Assembly: GCA_964455555.1 (NCBI GenBank)
Contig: CAYVXV010000002.1
Span: forward strand, 67,677 to 131,676
DNA: 64,000 nt
DNA from: an uncultured Pseudomonadales bacterium
GTDB taxonomy: Bacteria; Patescibacteriota; Microgenomatia; UBA1400; PJMF01
Direction: 5' to 3'
The notes under the pieces were generated by a model. It was not told the origin of the DNA and ran no database searches. It saw nothing but the letters and a program-made list of their open reading frames with translations. The position numbers and the translations under genes were made by a program. Shown here in pieces: positions 61,364 to 64,000 of the stretch (within the stretch, counting starts at the first letter, position 1; each line of letters starts with the position of its first letter).

Positions 61364-63352
61364 ATGATTAATCTAGACAGATTCAAGCCATCATTCAAAA
61401 GAAAGCCTGCTTCCAGCGTTGATGCAAACCCCATTGCAGCTGAACAAACAGTTGCAACAGAACCAACTGTACAGTTGCCTTGGTTTAAAAGTATGAAAAA
61501 ATGGGAGCTTGGTTTGATAGTTGGTCTGCTGATCTTCACAATTCTGACAGCTGCAGTCGGTGCCTACACCTATGCGGTCGGTATGGAGCTCAAAACCCAG
61601 GCCCAAGTTTCCAGGGCACTCGCTCAACAGGCATATGACACCTTTAAAGGCCAAAATCTGCCTGAGTCAGAAGCCAGGCTGATTGAACTAGACCAGGAAT
61701 TAGCCAATGTCACAGCAAGCTACAAAAAACTATCTTTCTATCGATATGTGCCGGTTGTACGGAAATATTACATTGATGGCGAGCATGGTCTAGCAGCTGC
61801 TGCAGCTGGTTTATCAGCCGGCAAAAAATCATTAGCTGCCATCACTCCTTATGCTGACGTCCTAGGTTTCACTGGTGAGGAATCCTTTGAAGGAGGCACT
61901 ACCGAAGACAGAGTGAAGGTTTTATTGGAAACGTTGGATAAAGTTACCCCTATTCTTGAGGATATATCAGCAGATCTCCAGATAGTTGAATCAGAACTGG
62001 CCGAAATAAGCCCCCAGGATTATCCGGAATCTTTCCGAGGCATAGCTATCCGTGAGTATATTATCCAAGCTCATGACCTCAGCAGCGGGGCAGTGTCTGC
62101 GGTAACTGAATACCGACCGGTGCTTGAGGAACTTCCCAAGGTAGCGGGTGCAAACGGTGAAACCAAAAAATATGTAATTTTATTTCAAAATGACAACGAA
62201 CTAAGGCCAACGGGGGGCTTTTTAACAGCTTACTCGATTATTAATGTCACTGACGGCAAAGTAGAAGCAGAACGTTCTGATGATATTTACCAACTAGACC
62301 AAAAGTTCCGCAAAAACGAGCCAATTCCTGAAAAACTCGGCCGCTACCTGACAACGGAGCGGCGCTGGAATATCCGTGACATGAACATCTCTCCGGACTT
62401 TAAAGACAGCATGGATATTTTCTACGAACACTATCAACAAATCCCAGGAGAACCTGCAGACCAAATAGACGGCATTATTGCTGTAGACACAGAATTTCTT
62501 ACCAGCCTGATTAAAGTCTTGGGGCCGGTGCAGGTGCCCGGCTATGGCACTTTCACTGCAGAAAACGACCCAAGATGCGACTGCCCGCAAATCATCTATG
62601 TACTTTCTGAAATTATTACCAGGCCAACTCCTTTTATAAGAGAAGACCGCAAAGGCATATTGGGCCCGCTGATGAGCGCCACTTTAGCCAAAGCATACGC
62701 CGCACCCAAACAGCAGTGGCCTGATCTTTTCGGGACTGGCTTTGCCAGTATTAGGAACCGCCACGCCCAGTTTTATTTTCTTGATGAACAAGCTCAGAAC
62801 GCAGCAGAGGCTGCCAATGCCGCCGGAAGAATGACTGTTGAGGAAGACAGTGACTTTCTCGGCATAATCAATGCCAACTTGGGCGGTGCAAAATCAAACT
62901 TGTTCATCACCTACGATGTAAACCAGGAAGTCAGTGCACCTGAAGACGGCCTCATTACTAAAACCATCGAGATCACCTATAAAAACAACCGGAGGGCGGA
63001 CAACTGCAACTTAGAGGCGGGCTTGCTTTGCCTCAACTCCACTCTGCGGGACTGGACTAGGATCTATGTCCCTGAAGGCTCAGAACTAATTAGTGCTCAA
63101 GGCTTCACTCAAGAACCTGAGAGCTATGAAGAGAATGGCTTTACTGTCTTTGACGGCTTCTTTACCCTGGAGCCGCTGGCGCAAGCCAGGCTAAGGCTAA
63201 CCTACAAAGTTCCTTACAATGACACAGCAAACTACCAGTTGCTGATGTGGAAGCAGGGCGGCATTGAGTCATATTCGACACTCATAGACGTTACCGGTGG
63301 GCAGGAGCAAATGCTGGTCGAATACGATCTGAAGTATCAGACGCCCTTTTAA
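61364..63352 (+). CDS. DUF4012 domain protein (single TM, helical stalk, LCP-like catalytic domain)
   Basis: FQNDNELRPTGGF, RD.N.SPDF, IDGIIAVD....L..LGP, ANLGGAKSN, RIYVP.GS, KQGG. Confidence 0.85.
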   Translation: MINLDRFKPSFKRKPASSVDANPIAAEQTVATEPTVQLPWFKSMKKWELGLIVGLLIFTILTAAVGAYTYAVGMELKTQAQVSRALAQQAYDTFKGQNLPESEARLIELDQELANVTASYKKLSFYRYVPVVRKYYIDGEHGLAAAAAGLSAGKKSLAAITPYADVLGFTGEESFEGGTTEDRVKVLLETLDKVTPILEDISADLQIVESELAEISPQDYPESFRGIAIREYIIQAHDLSSGAVSAVTEYRPVLEELPKVAGANGETKKYVILFQNDNELRPTGGFLTAYSIINVTDGKVEAERSDDIYQLDQKFRKNEPIPEKLGRYLTTERRWNIRDMNISPDFKDSMDIFYEHYQQIPGEPADQIDGIIAVDTEFLTSLIKVLGPVQVPGYGTFTAENDPRCDCPQIIYVLSEIITRPTPFIREDRKGILGPLMSATLAKAYAAPKQQWPDLFGTGFASIRNRHAQFYFLDEQAQNAAEAANAAGRMTVEEDSDFLGIINANLGGAKSNLFITYDVNQEVSAPEDGLITKTIEITYKNNRRADNCNLEAGLLCLNSTLRDWTRIYVPEGSELISAQGFTQEPESYEENGFTVFDGFFTLEPLAQARLRLTYKVPYNDTANYQLLMWKQGGIESYSTLIDVTGGQEQMLVEYDLKYQTPF

Positions 63353-63376
63353 CCGCCTTTTTAGCCGCCCTTTTAG
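63341..63376 (+). repeat. Three imperfect 12-bp tandem repeats
   Basis: ACGCCCTTTTAA CCGCCTTTTTAG CCGCCCTTTTAG; the first copy contains the DUF4012 stop codon. Confidence 0.75.
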
Positions 63377-63389
63377 CCTGACGTTCTCC

Positions 63390-63398
63390 TGATATACT
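63390..63398 (+). promoter_or_regulatory. Extended -10 box (TGnTATACT) of recO
   Basis: 8 nt before ATG 63407. Confidence 0.55.
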
Positions 63399-63406
63399 AA
63401 TTCTGT

Positions 63407-63949
63407 ATGAAATCAAGGACTTTCACTGTTTCCGGATTGGTTTTAAAAAGAGTGAATATCGGTGAAACCGATCGGATAGTTACTATCCTGACTCAAGAGC
63501 ATGGCAAATTGGTTTGTGTAGCCAAAGGAGTCCGCAAATTAAACTCATCCAAAGGCTCGGTGCTTGAACCTGGAAATTATGTTAAATCGCATCTGGTCTC
63601 AACAAAATCCTTGCCCATCCTCACGCAGGCTGTGATCATTGAAGACTGCAACGGCATGGCCTATTCCCTACACAGCTTCCGCTCGCTCTCGCAGCTGTTG
63701 GAAATTTTTGAAAAGCTTTTTGTCTCTGAAGAACTTGACCGCGAAACTTTTCTGCTGGTCATGGCCTTGCGCAAACGGATTATCACCAATCAGGCCTCTC
63801 CCGGAGCTATGAGGGTGATGTTGGGCAAACTGATCGCGCTTCTTGGTTATCAGCATCCCCAAGACTCAAAATATGACACTATCGGTGATTATATTTCGGC
63901 TCTTTCGGACAAACCGATGAGAAGCTATGAGTTTTTGCAGGTTAAATAA
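63407..63949 (+). CDS. recO: DNA repair protein RecO (short form)
   Basis: GLVLK...GETDRIVTILT.EHGK...AKGVRK..S....LEP OB-fold and LLGY; no zinc finger. Confidence 0.9.
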   Translation: MKSRTFTVSGLVLKRVNIGETDRIVTILTQEHGKLVCVAKGVRKLNSSKGSVLEPGNYVKSHLVSTKSLPILTQAVIIEDCNGMAYSLHSFRSLSQLLEIFEKLFVSEELDRETFLLVMALRKRIITNQASPGAMRVMLGKLIALLGYQHPQDSKYDTIGDYISALSDKPMRSYEFLQVK

Positions 63950-64000
63950 ACTCAAGTGTGTTAAAATATTTATATTCATTCCGCCTTTGGCAAGCGGCTT

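Noticed and set aside
63981-64000. Hairpin CCGC..GCGG after recO as a terminator or RNA gene start
   Set aside because: Only a 4-bp GC stem, cut by the window edge; not enough to call.

Overview
Chromosomal window from a bacterium that looks like Patescibacteria/CPR, Microgenomates-like. This is an inference from the expanded ArnT/PMT-like paralogs, DUF4012, DUF2304 and leaderless promoters; TGA is used as a stop codon. Almost the whole 64 kb is one very large cell-surface glycosylation locus. It holds about 14 polytopic GT-C-type (lipid-phospho-sugar-dependent) glycosyltransferases, 10 GT4-like and 6 GT2 enzymes, two Wzx-like flippases, a Wzy/WaaL-family protein, a monotopic phosphoglycosyl transferase and a DUF4012 (probably LCP-like) protein. 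Nucleotide-sugar enzymes include galE-like, fcl, uxs, manC and a complete WbpA/B/D/E/I-type pathway for a 2,3-diacetamido-uronic acid, the last on an AT-rich cassette at about 22.5-36.9 kb. ruvCAB, recO, bcp, a frameshifted LysM gene, two orphan ORFs and a membrane protein with a histone-H1-like tail are interspersed. I saw no rRNA, tRNA, CRISPR array, transposase or integrase. All family calls come from motif recognition by eye, not from database searches.
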